Shown piece by piece: positions 26,101 to 38,148 of a stretch of 64,000 bases of DNA (position 1 is its first letter; every line of letters begins with the position of its first letter). The notes beneath the pieces are model-generated. The model worked only from the letters and a program-made list of their open reading frames with translations, did no database searches and was not told the origin of the DNA. The stretch is taken from the NCBI GenBank assembly GCA_965153285.1, contig OZ229110.1; one strand, 5' to 3'. The position numbers and the translations under genes were made by a program. This DNA comes from Podarcis tiliguerta. Lineage: Eukaryota.

Positions 26101-29100
26101 TCTTTAAGCAAAGGAAAAGAAGTGAGGGATCTGATAACAGATCTCTCTCTCTCTCACACACACACAAATATTTTTCTTACTTTATTTTAAAATGCATATA
26201 TCCTGTCTTTCCTTTTTTGAAGCAAAACGATATTCAAGGCAGCTGACAGTATTTAAACACAAAATACCTATTAATACAAACTGAAGCACAAGAAGCAGCC
26301 AACCAGCAACTAATTAATCAATTAGGCAGTGGCAGTAAACAAAAACCAAAAGCCATAAGAAAGAAAAGAGAGCAGTCAGGAAGGGGGATCCCTTTAAACT
26401 CAAGAGGATTTTGAATGCCCTTGGGAACAGCACAGCCTTTTTCCTGGAAGGCTGACAGATGGGGTGGAATAGCTTTCCCCTGGGAGGGAGTTCCAACTCT
26501 CAGTGCAAATATGGAGGAGGCACTGTTCTGAATGTGTGAAGCAGTGGGGATGTCTGTGTTCCTGCCCTTTGTCCTTCATCCACATAGCTACTAATCAGTT
26601 CATCTGGCACAGCTCTTCTCACACTGGCCAAGCTCCCAGAGATTGTAAGTGGCGCCCACAGAAACTCCCCTTAGGCAGAAACATTGAAGATGGAAGGTAG
26701 CTCTTGTTCCTGGCCAGCCTAGAGAGAGGCTTCTGCTTCTCCTTGCACCTTCCTTCCTCTGTCCTAAGACACATGAAAACATGATGTGGTCATTTCCCAG
26801 AAAAATGTGCTTCTAGGGCAAGCTCCATCACCACCACCCTTAAGCCATCTCAAAGCTTCCATGTCTTTCCCCAGGCATGCAGATTATCCTTTCATTGCTC
26901 GTTTCCTGTTCTCTGCTCATGTGCACTAAAAAGTCATTTGGGATGCAGCCTGGAAAAAGAAAGTCCAAGAGCCCCAAATAAATCCCTGGGTGAGATGAAA
27001 TCCAGAGATCCTGTCTTTATGTATCTTAAAACGGCTGGCTCACACAAGCAAGTGCTGCCTGCCTTTTTATGCAGATGCTATTCTCTTTGGGGGCACGATT
27101 GTGTGGAGAAACTTGCATGAGCTGGCTGCTTGGGATGGGGGTGGGGAGAGGGCAACAGCCATTTTCATTTCCGCAAGACCACAAAACGTGCCGCCTCTTT
27201 GTGTAAGCAGCAAATGCCTTCTTACTGCTTTGTCTCTTGAGTCTGAAGTCATGTAGAGAAGTAAGGGCTATCGGTTACTACAAACAGGGTGCAAGATTTC
27301 TTTATAGGAAGGTTTTCCACAGGGTCCTCCTCTCCCTGTATGCACCAAGCCTTTAAAGGATTGCTGGGGATTGTAATTTTGTTGGGGGGGGCGCAAACTG
27401 CCCATAATACTTTGAGGAAAATAATTGTGCTTCAAATGTATTTTAAAGGTCTCGGGTGTACACAGCAGTATCGTTTTTGTTTGGCTTGTTCTGTTTCCAA
27501 CTAATCATAACTCTTTTGGTGGCAATTCATACTAGGAAAATCTGGCATTGCCCACAGAGAACTCTCCCTTTCTGTATAATGTCCTTCAACCCCAAATGGC
27601 AGGTTTCAAGTGGAAACAGGAAGTGAGGGCTGTGTTACTTTTATCCACTATCTAAGGCATTCCCCCCCTGCCCCCCACCATTTTGGGACAGTATAACCAG
27701 CATCTTGTGAGGGGGAGAGGGTCAGATCATGGAGAGGCACTCAGAACATGAGAAAACCTGACCCATTCCAATTTTGCATTGGATGTCTTCAAGTTGCAAG
27801 GCCCCCGTGAGAAAGGGGGCAAGGCTCCTGCACTCTTAATGGTTGCGTTGAAGAGGGGATTTCTGCATGAAGAAGGTGCCATCTTCCCATCTCCTGACTT
27901 TGCCACCTCCAGGAACGACGACGACAGGGTTTAGCTGGGGAGGCCCAGCTGGATGGGCAGGGTACAAATTATAAATTATTATTAGCTTTTCATGGGCTCT
28001 GAACAGAGGTTTGCGGTTTGTTTGAGGAGAAACAAAATGTGTGCCTCAGTTCAGACAGTAAAGCCAAACCTTGCTGTTTGTTGCTCCCAGGGTAGCAGCT
28101 AAGAGCGAAGTGGGGACTTTAAAGCAGCAGGGACCAGCTGTCTGTTTATTCACATTTAAACCACACAAACATGGCCAATGTGGCTGAGAGGTTTGAGGCC
28201 ATCCCTCTGAAGTAAGTTAACCCAGCCAGCATCTCCTGGCCAGTGTCTACGTTATGACAATGTATGTCCGCCTGCATGTAATGATTGGCTGTGCCTTAGG
28301 GAGCCATTCTGGGCACAAGATTCCGTATTTCAGAAACTGTATTATTGCTTAAGCAGCTAAATCATGAATCGTGCAGTGCAAATGCTCTGGAAAGTGGGCA
28401 CAAGGAAAATGCTCTAATCAGCAAAGTGCACGAAACACATTACTCAGAGAGGAATCACCGACAGAAACCAATGTTATGGATTTTGCACATGGAGCGAGCC
28501 GGCTGCTTGGGAGTTCCCTTCTACCTGAGTGTGTGGAAGGTGTCCCTGAGAGAACAAGACAGCAGTGGTGCTCAGATGGCAGCAGCAGGTGATATGTATA
28601 AAAGGAGACCTGACAGCATGGAACCTGAAGAAGATCAATACGTAGTTGGAAAGTCATCAGTGCAGATCAAGAGCATGTGGGACATCCCAAGAGGCAGAAA
28701 CAGAGGAAGTGTATCCTAGGCAAATAGTTGAAGGGCACAGGTCCTTAGGTAGCACAGATTGACACTGGCACCCAAATAACTTCTTGTTTGTCTTCTCAGA
28801 TAAGTTACATTAATGCCTGTATTTCTAGAACAGAGCTGGGGGAAAGATCCAAATCTTGCAACTAGAATAAATTAAGCACATTTGCACATAGAGACTATGT
28901 GGTATAGTGGTTAGAGGAGACCCAAGGGAAACCTGAGTTTAAATATCTGCTGAACCATAAATCTCACTGCATTTGCAAAGGTCCAAGTCGTGAGGTTATT
29001 GTGAGGATAAAATGAGGACGGAAGTGGAAGAAAAAGAAAACAGTTGCTTTTATTTTGTACATTCATTCTGCTTCACCTAGATGTGGAGTGGAGTGGAAAT

Positions 29101-29641
29101 CCTATTCAGCTACCCTCTCGCTTTAGAAATTTCACTGCCATAAAGGTGAAAAATGAGGGGGAAGGGAAAAGAAAACTGAAAAACTTGATTGTTGATTCTG
29201 CACCAGTTACCAAATCCATCCATTTGTGATATTATGATATATGTGTGGTGTTTGAATGTGTCGTTCCAGTGTCCCTTTCCATTTGCTGGGCTTTGAAACT
29301 GCGAATCTTCAGAGATGCTGATCTGTTGAAAGTGTGTTAGGCTGTGTACACACTTCTCGGCACTATAGTTTACCCCCCATGGAGTTACAATTCCCAGCAG
29401 TTCTTAACAGTATTCTTGGAGGGAAAGAATGTGCTTTGAATATCCTTTGAAGGTATAGTGTGTGCACAGCCTCTGTGTTTCCAGGAGCAGAAGTTTTCTC
29501 AAGAATGTATTTTGCTGGCCTTCTGTCAACTGATATCCCTGTGCCATTCCCGTCTGCACATATAGCAGCTTCCTATGTTCCTGTGTTTTTTCCTCACCTG
29601 GCATTTCAACCCTCTCCTGTGCTTCCTTTTTATCTGTGCAG

Positions 29642-29857
29642 ATCCAAAGGACTGCCTACTCAGTCTTCTTTGATGAGAGGTTTTCAATCCCCTTGGACCC
29701 TTCTGCACTCGAAGAAAACAGCTTGAGGTTTTCCATCTTTGGCATAGATGAAGACGAAAGGAACATCAGCACTGGAGTCGCTGAGCTGAAGTTGTCAGAC
29801 TTGGATCTCTCCATCAGGCCCTTCAATGCATGGCTTTATCTACAGGACATGAACAAG
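29642..29857 (+). CDS. SYT12: Synaptotagmin-12 exon: C-terminal half of C2A
   Basis: Long pyrimidine tract ending tgcag, AAG|gtagct donor, 216 nt. Translates to IQRTAYSVFFDERFSIPLDP...WLYLQDMNK. Confidence 0.97.
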
Positions 29858-30151
29858 GTAGCTTATTGTAGCAGGGCAGAGGGCAGTAGGGTTCTGGAGA
29901 ATGGGTGGGGCAAGGATATGGGGCAAGGATATTCAGCCCCTTCGGATAGCGGTGCCCTTGGCAACCATCGAAATTGACTGAATTGGCCCTCAAATGTTGA
30001 GGGCATTTGCCCTCAAATGCTACCTTTTTATATAGCTCAGTTGCTTTCTAATGTTCCCCACTGCCTTGAGCTAGAGTAGTAATCTCTACCATTCATTTTG
30101 TTATAAGGCCATTTAATGAGCAGTCACCTGTCTCCTTCTTATTCCCTGCAG

Positions 30152-30272
30152 GCAACTGATTCAGTGGGTGAAATTCTGCTTTCTCTTAGCTATCTCCCAA
30201 CGGCAGAGCGGTTGACAGTAGTTGTGGTTAAGGCCAAGAATCTTGTGTGGACCAATGGGAAAACGACTGCAG
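30152..30272 (+). CDS. SYT12: Synaptotagmin-12 exon: start of C2B (not in the ORF track)
   Basis: ttccctgcag acceptor, G|gtcagt donor, 121 nt. Translates to ATDSVGEILLSLSYLPTAERLTVVVVKAKNLVWTNGKTTA. Confidence 0.97.
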
Positions 30273-31341
30273 GTCAGTAAACAGTTTTGCAAAGCTCCTC
30301 CGCCCTGCCCTGCAGCTGTGACTGGATAGAGTGTGAAGATGTTGCCTTACTCCACAGTGGGTAAATTAGTCGTGCCTGTGATCACAATTTTTATTGTGAA
30401 AATAGTGTGGGGAGAAATGGTTAGCCTACCCTGTGGTCACAGTCCCAATTGTTCCTTACAATTGGGCCAATTGAAAGAAACGTAGAGAGAGAGAGAGACA
30501 CAAATGCATTCATTATGCATTGTCTCCCCCATGGCATTTAGTTTGGACCTCAGTGTCTTCTTTAGTGCTCTCCTAGAGACTGCTGTCAAGCTCTGGGCAT
30601 TCCTTGTTCTTAGTGGTTAGTTGTTAGGAGGAGATGAGCTGGGAATCAAATCTGTCTTGGTGCCAATCTGCGATTCTAGAGGGCCTGCCCTATAGTTTCA
30701 GCTGCATGTGGTGAGGTTATGCCACTCAGAGGGGAAAGTAAGGCACCTTAAGGTGCACAGACTCAGACATACTCACCTTTAAGCTGGCTTCATCATAGCA
30801 TCCAGGGCAGACCCACTGAAAACAAATTTCATCTAATATTTTAAAACTTCTGAGTTGCCTCAGCAGGGTAGTAATCAACTGTTCCACAATGTCTCCCTCT
30901 TAGGCATCCTATTTGGGCTTCTTGAATAACCATCAGCAGAAGCTGAATATCTGTAGGGGGTGATTCTCTTTGAAGAGCCTCAGAAGTGATCAATTAGCTT
31001 CCAGTTTTAATTAAGTGGATTTCTCTTGGTTATCAAAAGTGAAGAGCACATGACCAGTCCTTCTAACTTGTATGTTTTTCCTGTGGATATTACCTTGCTC
31101 TCCAAAATGTTGTGAGTGGATTATAGCCCTTTAAAACTAAACTAAGCTAAACAAAAGTTAAGTCTCATATATGAAGGTCTTGCCTGTACAAACACCTGCT
31201 GTTAAATAATATAGCGGTGCGTTTTACTAAAAGTAGCACCAGCTTCAGATACTACATCTTTTCAGAGGTTAAGTCTGCATACAAGAAACAATTTCCCCCG
31301 GGGACCCAGTAAAAACCATCCTCTTCTTGCCATCCTATCAG

Positions 31342-31475
31342 ATCCTTTTGTCAAAGTGTACTTGCTGCAAGACGGGAGAAAGATCAGTAAGAAGAAGACT
31401 GCGACAAAGAGAGATGACACAAACCCAGTGTTTAATGAAGCCATGATTTTTTCAGTGCCAGCAATTGTTCTACAG
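31342..31475 (+). CDS. SYT12: Synaptotagmin-12 exon: C2B core with polybasic KKKT motif
   Basis: cctatcag acceptor, CAG|gtaaga donor, 134 nt. Translates to [45 protein letters not shown]. Confidence 0.97.
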
Positions 31476-33639
31476 GTAAGAGCCTCCAGGTTCACAGGGA
31501 CGATTACAGCACCATCCATTGAGCTACTGCATTGCTAAGAGCACAGTCTGTAGCGTCAGGCATACAGTTCACACCAAGAGCACCCAGGGGAAACTTACCC
31601 TCTCCTACCAGTTCATAGGATCAGCCTGCCCAGGTATGAAATACACCAAAAAATGTTAAAGGGCTCATAAAATTCAGTCCAACTATTCCTTGGTTAACCC
31701 TAGAATCTTACTGTGAAGGTCTGCCTACTGGAAAAGGCTAGAAGCAATTTCATCTCAAGCCCAGTTCACAAGTCATTTTGGTGTGTGACAGCTGTGCCCA
31801 TAATGACTCCATCTGCTTTGTCTCATGCCGGTCCACTTGTGTGCACACATGTCACTGGTCGAATCCAGATTTTTTGCCAGCCATTAAAAGTGGATGGACA
31901 AAGAAGGTGCTTCTTCACACAACATGTAGTTACACTGTGGAATTCCTTCCCACAATATGATGGCCACCCGCTCCAATGGCTATGCTCCACTTATAAATAA
32001 AGCAAACTTTTGAAGTCTCCAGGGCACTCTCATCCAAAAGAACCTAAACCTGGCAGTTTTGCTCCTGGAACCTCTCACCACTCACAGTCATAGGAATCCT
32101 CTGTGAATAGCAGGCATGGTGGGGGAGAGGGCAATTCCAACTGGGCCCATAGCTGGGGCAAAGGGTTAAAGCTCCTTCCCTTCACAATCCATGCTCCTGA
32201 AAATACAAACCTGCTTCAAATGGTACCATTCACAAATGTTAATGACAAAGCCTTAGGTGATGCAGATACTCCTAGGAAAACAGTACAGAGAGAGATTCTC
32301 TTCATCGTCAACTTATGTTAGCTCTGTTCATCTTAGAAGCTCACCCAAGTGATGAAGGGCTGGCTGTGGCTGAGGACATCCTAATTAAACGGGATATAAA
32401 CTGGCATGCCCAGGGCAAGAGCCTTCTTCAAGGGTTAGACATTGCCCTTTTGCCAACACTGGTGATCTGAATGGTGAGGGTTAATTTGTTTGTTTAGTCC
32501 AGAGGAAACAAACCAAACATGTATTGGTGATGGAGAAATCTCTTAACTAAGCATGTCATGTATTGTCCTGCATTTTCTTTGTTCTTGTTAACATGCTATG
32601 TTGTCTTTTACTGGGCAGCAAAGGTGGCCTTCAGATTAACCCAGACAAAATCATTAGTAGACAACAGTATCCAGCTAAGTCATAATAAGAACGTAGCACT
32701 CATTTCTTCCTCACTGCGGCTGACACCTATAATTTTAATGAATCTTTCTCCGTTCAGAAGCTTTTCTTGATTGGTGATAGATTCCGCCCACAAGGTTTTT
32801 GGCATTCAAGGCAGAGACTTTCAAATTAAACCCTGGGAAAGAAAAACCAGTACGGGAGATGTAAACACAATCATTGCATCACCTGCAAGGCCGAATATAT
32901 AATTTCATTTGCTTTTCAGTCATTCAGAAGCTTCGGTGCTGGGAGCTAATATAACATATCTAACGAAATCATCTTCAAAGGAGACAAGAAAAAGGATGGG
33001 TTACCATAACGACCAAGCAAAGGCCGACTGCTGTGGCTTCTCCTGTCCCTTCTTGAGGATGATGCTAATTCATGGGGGTTAGGGCAAAGGTTCTCGAAGT
33101 TGTACTAATATGTAAGGGAAAGAGAAGTAATGTTTCATTGCACATAAATTTTACAGGTGCCTGAAAGGCCCTTGGGGCTTACTTGTCAAACAGGAAAGAA
33201 ACTAGCTGTTGCTGATGGCTAGTGAAATGTTGCATTCCTTAATAACTCATAGTGGAGGGCTACGAGGCTAAGCATTCCCATATGGTGGTTCTGATATTGG
33301 AAGGAGCATTTTGGAGTCCTCCTAAGTGACGCTGCACCAAAAATCAAGGTGTTGTCTTTCCCCCTCAAGTTTTTCAGGCCCAGCATACTTCCAGCCCCTG
33401 GGTTGATTTTGAGATCCAGTTGGGCAATTCTGCATTGTTGCCAGATCTCATTGTGCTGCATTGTTACTTTTCTGAATGGAATGAGGGCATGAATTCAGAA
33501 TGTGAATTCTATATATAATCAGTAGTGGAAAATTAAGAGTGCTTTTCAAGGGTACCTACAGCCACTCCTCAAACTACATCTGATGGTGGTAAAAATTGGG
33601 TCAATGGAATTTTGCTAATATCCGCTTGTGTCCTTGCAG

Positions 33640-33813
33640 GAACTGTCTCTTCGGGTGACTGTCGCAGAGTGTTGCGAAGACGGGAGAGCTGAAAACATTG
33701 GCCATGTTGTCATAGGCCCAGCTGCAGGTGGGATGGGCATCACGCATTGGAACCAGATGTTGGCCACCTTGAGGAAGCCTGTGTCCATGTGGCACCCACT
33801 TCGGCGAAGCTAA
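33640..33813 (+). CDS. SYT12: Synaptotagmin-12 last coding exon, stop TAA at 33811-33813
   Basis: tccttgcag acceptor. Translates to ELSLRVTVAE...HWNQMLATLRKPVSMWHPLRRS*, including the synaptotagmin WHxL motif. Exon sum is 1263 nt = 420 aa plus stop. Confidence 0.97.
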   Translation, partial: ELSLRVTVAECCEDGRAENIGHVVIGPAAGGMGITHWNQMLATLRKPVSMWHPLRRS

Positions 33814-34587
33814 GGCATGCTTGCACCTTGCTGTGAATAATCCAACTTGGTGCCTAAACTTTATCAGTAGGCAGATACTGTTGGCAAATGGAGTTCATTA
33901 TAGCTAGGAACAAAAACTTATTTTTTCTCCAAATATTCTTCACAAAATGGAGTTGCAGCAACAGGAAAGGGGGGAAAAATGTTCAGTTGCCAAATGGAAC
34001 CACACAAGCCTTGGAAAAGCTTCAGACAACTGAAACCCGTAAGAGAGGAAGCCATTCAAGTACAAGGGACTGCCCTGAAGTAGCTTGCTGACAAATAGGG
34101 TGGCCTTTTGCCTCCATCACTCTAAAATCACCAGCTTGGAGAACCAGTCATTTAGTAAATTTGTGTTTTTTTACTAGGAATTAAGAGTCCCATGTGGCTT
34201 TCCTCCAGCCCCGAGGGTCAAGGGGGAAAGCTTTGTGTACATATGTGTGTGTGTGTGTGTGTATATCTATATCTATATCCATTTGACTCCACTTAGATCT
34301 TAAATGCATCTACTTGGAGGTTAGAGCCACTGAATTTAATAGATCTTGCTTTGAAATAGGCATGATTGAGATCACAGTTTTATATTTGTCACATTTTTTG
34401 GCAGGAAAATCCCGTTCGATTCAGAGAAACTGAACTGAAATTACTTCCAGCGTAAATGAGCTTAAGATCATAACTTCATGGAACCATCGTCAAATGCATC
34501 TCCATCCATGGTTCCAATTCTAGAAGAGTAGTCATGTTTGCCTATTGCTACAAAGAGCAGCAGGAGACCAACTATTGTAGCCTATTA

Positions 34588-34725
34588 CAGGAATAGGGAA
34601 CCTGTGGCCCTCCAGAAATCATTGGGACTCCAACTCCCAGCAGCCCCACCAGCATGGTCCACGATCATAGGTGACGGGAATTGCAGTCCAGCAACATTTG
34701 GAGGGCTCCAGGTTCCCTGTCCCTA
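34588..34725. mobile_element. Palindromic hAT-like MITE in the probable SYT12 3' UTR
   Basis: Arms of about 55 bp (agggaacctgtggccctcca... / ...tggagggctccaggttccct). Same family as 12804-12943. Confidence 0.8.
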
Positions 34726-37256
34726 GCTTCTTTTGTCAGATGCCTAAAGCAAACCTACTTCTTGCACCTCATGCTACCATAAATTAGACCTCAGAGTAAC
34801 ATAGGCTACACTGGTTTGTTTGTTTGTTGCCCTGGTGGCATCATTCATTCAAACTTGTCTGTTGCTTGTTACAGAATAGATCTCCAAGCAACTTACAATA
34901 GGCTTGGTAGCATTAACCACAAAGTGTCCAGCATGGTCAGAGATGACCATCAAAGCATGATCTAGACTACCATGTAATGCTGTTTAATCCTGATGTCCCC
35001 CCCACCCCCCAGTGATAGCAGCAGCATCACTTAGATGCTTTCTCACCAGAGCAGCTGTTCCAATGCCGTTTTGAGCACATGGATCACATGTCAATCCAAG
35101 CGGTCCATAGATAACAGGCCCTTTGCTTGCCATTCAGGGGGATGCAGGGTTGCTGGGAAAGGGAAAAATCAAGAAAAAAACAAAACCGTTTTGTTTTTAA
35201 TGACAAAGTATCATGAAAACCGGTCATTGAGCTGGCTTAAAGTAAGCGAATATGTGATTTAAGTAAAATTTTGAGGAAAGGAATATCAGTAAAATGGGTA
35301 CCCTAACACTACTCCATTCTCCCAAGCCATTCTGCCACCCAATTTAAAGGCACGTGGCTTTGTATCTAGAGCTCTTTCGCTGTTGAAGAACTTGCTGCTT
35401 GGCTTAGCTATACACACTTCATAAAGCAAAATGGAAAGCACAAGCGCTAATGATCTGAAAAGCATTAGAGGCCACTCAAGCTTTAACTCTTTTTCTTTCT
35501 TTTTTTAAGCAATTGTCTGAGGATGTCAAGCCTGCTCAACTTTAACCATGAAAGAGCAGAAATGCTGATATTAAAAGGGTAACTTTATGTTGAACATAAG
35601 CCCATTTGACATTTGGAGTTTATCAAGAAAGCACTTTCCTTTTCTGCCTCCTGAACCTTGGCAAACTCCATCAAGAGTGAACATTTATCACTTTGCTAAG
35701 GCCTGAGCAATTCTGTTGTTAATAAGTTTTACATAGATTGGAAGGGAGATTATTCTCCACCCCATTTGATAAAGCTAGACAGCTGCTTAATTTGCCTTCT
35801 GTGCAACCAAATACCACAGTAGGGCTGGCTTTAGCAACTGGACAGAACCATAAAAAAGAGAGACATCTGGATTCATTGAGCTCAGGTGTCCCAAGGACTC
35901 TTAAGAAAAGTGTGAAAAGTTCCTTTCAAGTGGAAGCTTTGCTATGTGCCAAGGAGAACTGTGATGTTAGGAAGGTAGTCCTATATCCTTATGAATCCCA
36001 TGATGCTTTGCTTATTAAAATGATGACATCGTCAGAATGAAACAATCAGAAATCAATTAAGAAAGCTGCAGAAATGATCAAGCATGAGCATCACAACAGT
36101 TGAAAGCAATAGCAGATTAAAACCAAATGCAACTGATGTTTGAAAGAATCTTAAGAAAATAAATAGGCCATCCCAGAATTTAAAAATGCCCTTGCCTCTT
36201 TAATCCTAACTTAATTATGTCTATCCCTGAAAAATATTCAAGCTTGGAATTGCTGGGAAAAGAGAAGAGAGAATTTTAAGGTGACCCTCCATAATTACCT
36301 CTCTTAATGCCCTTATTGCATAAATTTTGCTACGGAAATTATAACCAGCTGATCTCAAAGATTAGGGTGGCATTTGAAATATGATATCAAGGTACATTGG
36401 AAGGATAAACAGGAAGGCACCAATTTCAAGGAGGAAGGGAGGAATCCCTGGTTGCCCCAGGGGGGGAAAGGTTTTTTTTAAAAAAATGGGGTCTAATGAT
36501 TTGAACAGGTTTCTTTCTCAGGGACACTTCAACAAATTTCCAAACTGGAATTCAGATTAGGTGCCAGGGGATGTACATATGGTCTAATTCATGTGGGGGC
36601 AGGGGGTAGGTCAAAACCAGCATGTTGAAATGCATTTATTCATCTTTAACATTTTTCTCCTGCCATCCTGGCCCTGGGCCTCCATGGCAGCTTACAATAG
36701 TTGTGCTTGTGAAACACAGAGATGCTGTGTGGTTGGTAGAGACCTGGTGTAATGTGCTCCTGGCAACCCCTGACTCTCAGAAAGTAGACTGCAAAGCTTG
36801 AGCAGTCGCTAAAGGTGTCCCCCTTTGCATCTTCCATTTCCAATAACCAACCCTTGAGATGACAAAGGGAAACCTGAACAGGACAAAAATGAAGACATCC
36901 TTCTTGCAAGGAGAAGCAGTGGCAAAGCACTCCTGGCCATCTCCAACCATTAAGCAATTGGCTGAAGAGCACCCCAAGGTGTCAGCAGTGAAGAACAGGT
37001 GATCCTGCTCATTCTAGCTCCAGGCCACACTACCTGCGCTGTCCATTATCATCTTGAACTTGTATAGGTTTGGCCTGCCTCACCCAGTCCCTCTACCATG
37101 GCCAGACGATGTATTTCAAGACTTGGATAGGATGAAATTCCAATTTATCTGCCATCAGCATAATACGATCATGCTGGCCATAAACCACAAACTTGTCTTT
37201 CCTGTGACTTTTCTCTGACGATACACTTCTTGTAGGGTACATTTACTTTTGGGATA

Positions 37257-37262
37257 AATAAA
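37257..37262 (+). terminator. Candidate SYT12 polyadenylation signal (AATAAA); alternative candidate at 36158-36163
   Basis: Canonical hexamer about 3.4 kb after the stop, followed by T-rich sequence. No transcript evidence is available. Confidence 0.35.
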
Positions 37263-37931
37263 GACTGGTCTTTCTTTAAAAGCTGCTCACACTGCAGGAC
37301 TGAGAGAGATACTGCTATGATGATTGTAATTACATTTGTACCTCAAATGTTTGATATTCTCACCTGTTCCCTCCTACCCATCCTTCAATTCTAGGAGAGT
37401 GGCAGACTTTTGGGAAGGGGTGGGGATTGTCGGTGATTTTGTAATGTAAAGTGTATCATCACACCATTCCTGTATTATGTGCATCATTTCTGCTGTGTCA
37501 AAGCAGCAGCTGTGCTCGTGTAACGTATTTTCGTAAGCTTTGTACATAATCTTTTCCCCACTGCACATGCACATTGTTGACAGCACCTTATGCATTTGAC
37601 TCCTCCTGCCCAACTGCAGTTACCAAGGCTCTAGCTTTCATGTGAGGGAGGAATTCTTTTCTTGTTCTCAAAGCCCAGATAGTGCACACAGCTGGTTCTG
37701 ATTCTCTTGCCAAGGTGTACAGAATCTAACCAGACACTTTGGTAGTCATGGCTGGGGTTACTCTTGAAAACATTTCTGAATTGGCTGCCTAACATAGGCA
37801 GCCATGTTCAAAGCCAGCGTAGGGCACTGCCAAAATACAGTTCTGTAACGTTAAACTCTGGATTTAATGATCTTCTGCAAGTGGGTATTTCCTCCCCCCT
37901 TCACTTGGTGGTAATGGGTGCAATTTTAATA

Positions 37932-38148
37932 CAGTGGTATCTCGGGTTACATACGCTTCAGGTTACATACGCTTCAGGTTACAGACTCTGCTAACCCAGA
38001 AATAGTACCTCGGGTTAAGAACTTTGCTTCAGGGTGAGAACAGAAATTGTGGCGTGGCGGCAGCAGGAGGCCCCATTAGCTAAAGTAGTGCTTCAGGTTA
38101 AGAACGGACCTCCAGAACGAATTAAGTTCTTAACCCGAGGTACCACTG
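37932..38148. mobile_element. Tc1/mariner (pogo/Tigger-like) MITE
   Basis: Same TIRs and TA flanks. Internal 16-bp unit ggttacatacgcttca is tandemly duplicated. Confidence 0.92.

Noticed and set aside
29932-29953. REST/RE1-like site ttcagcccc-ttc-ggatagcgg
   Set aside because: Half-site spacing is 3 nt instead of 2 and both halves carry mismatches.
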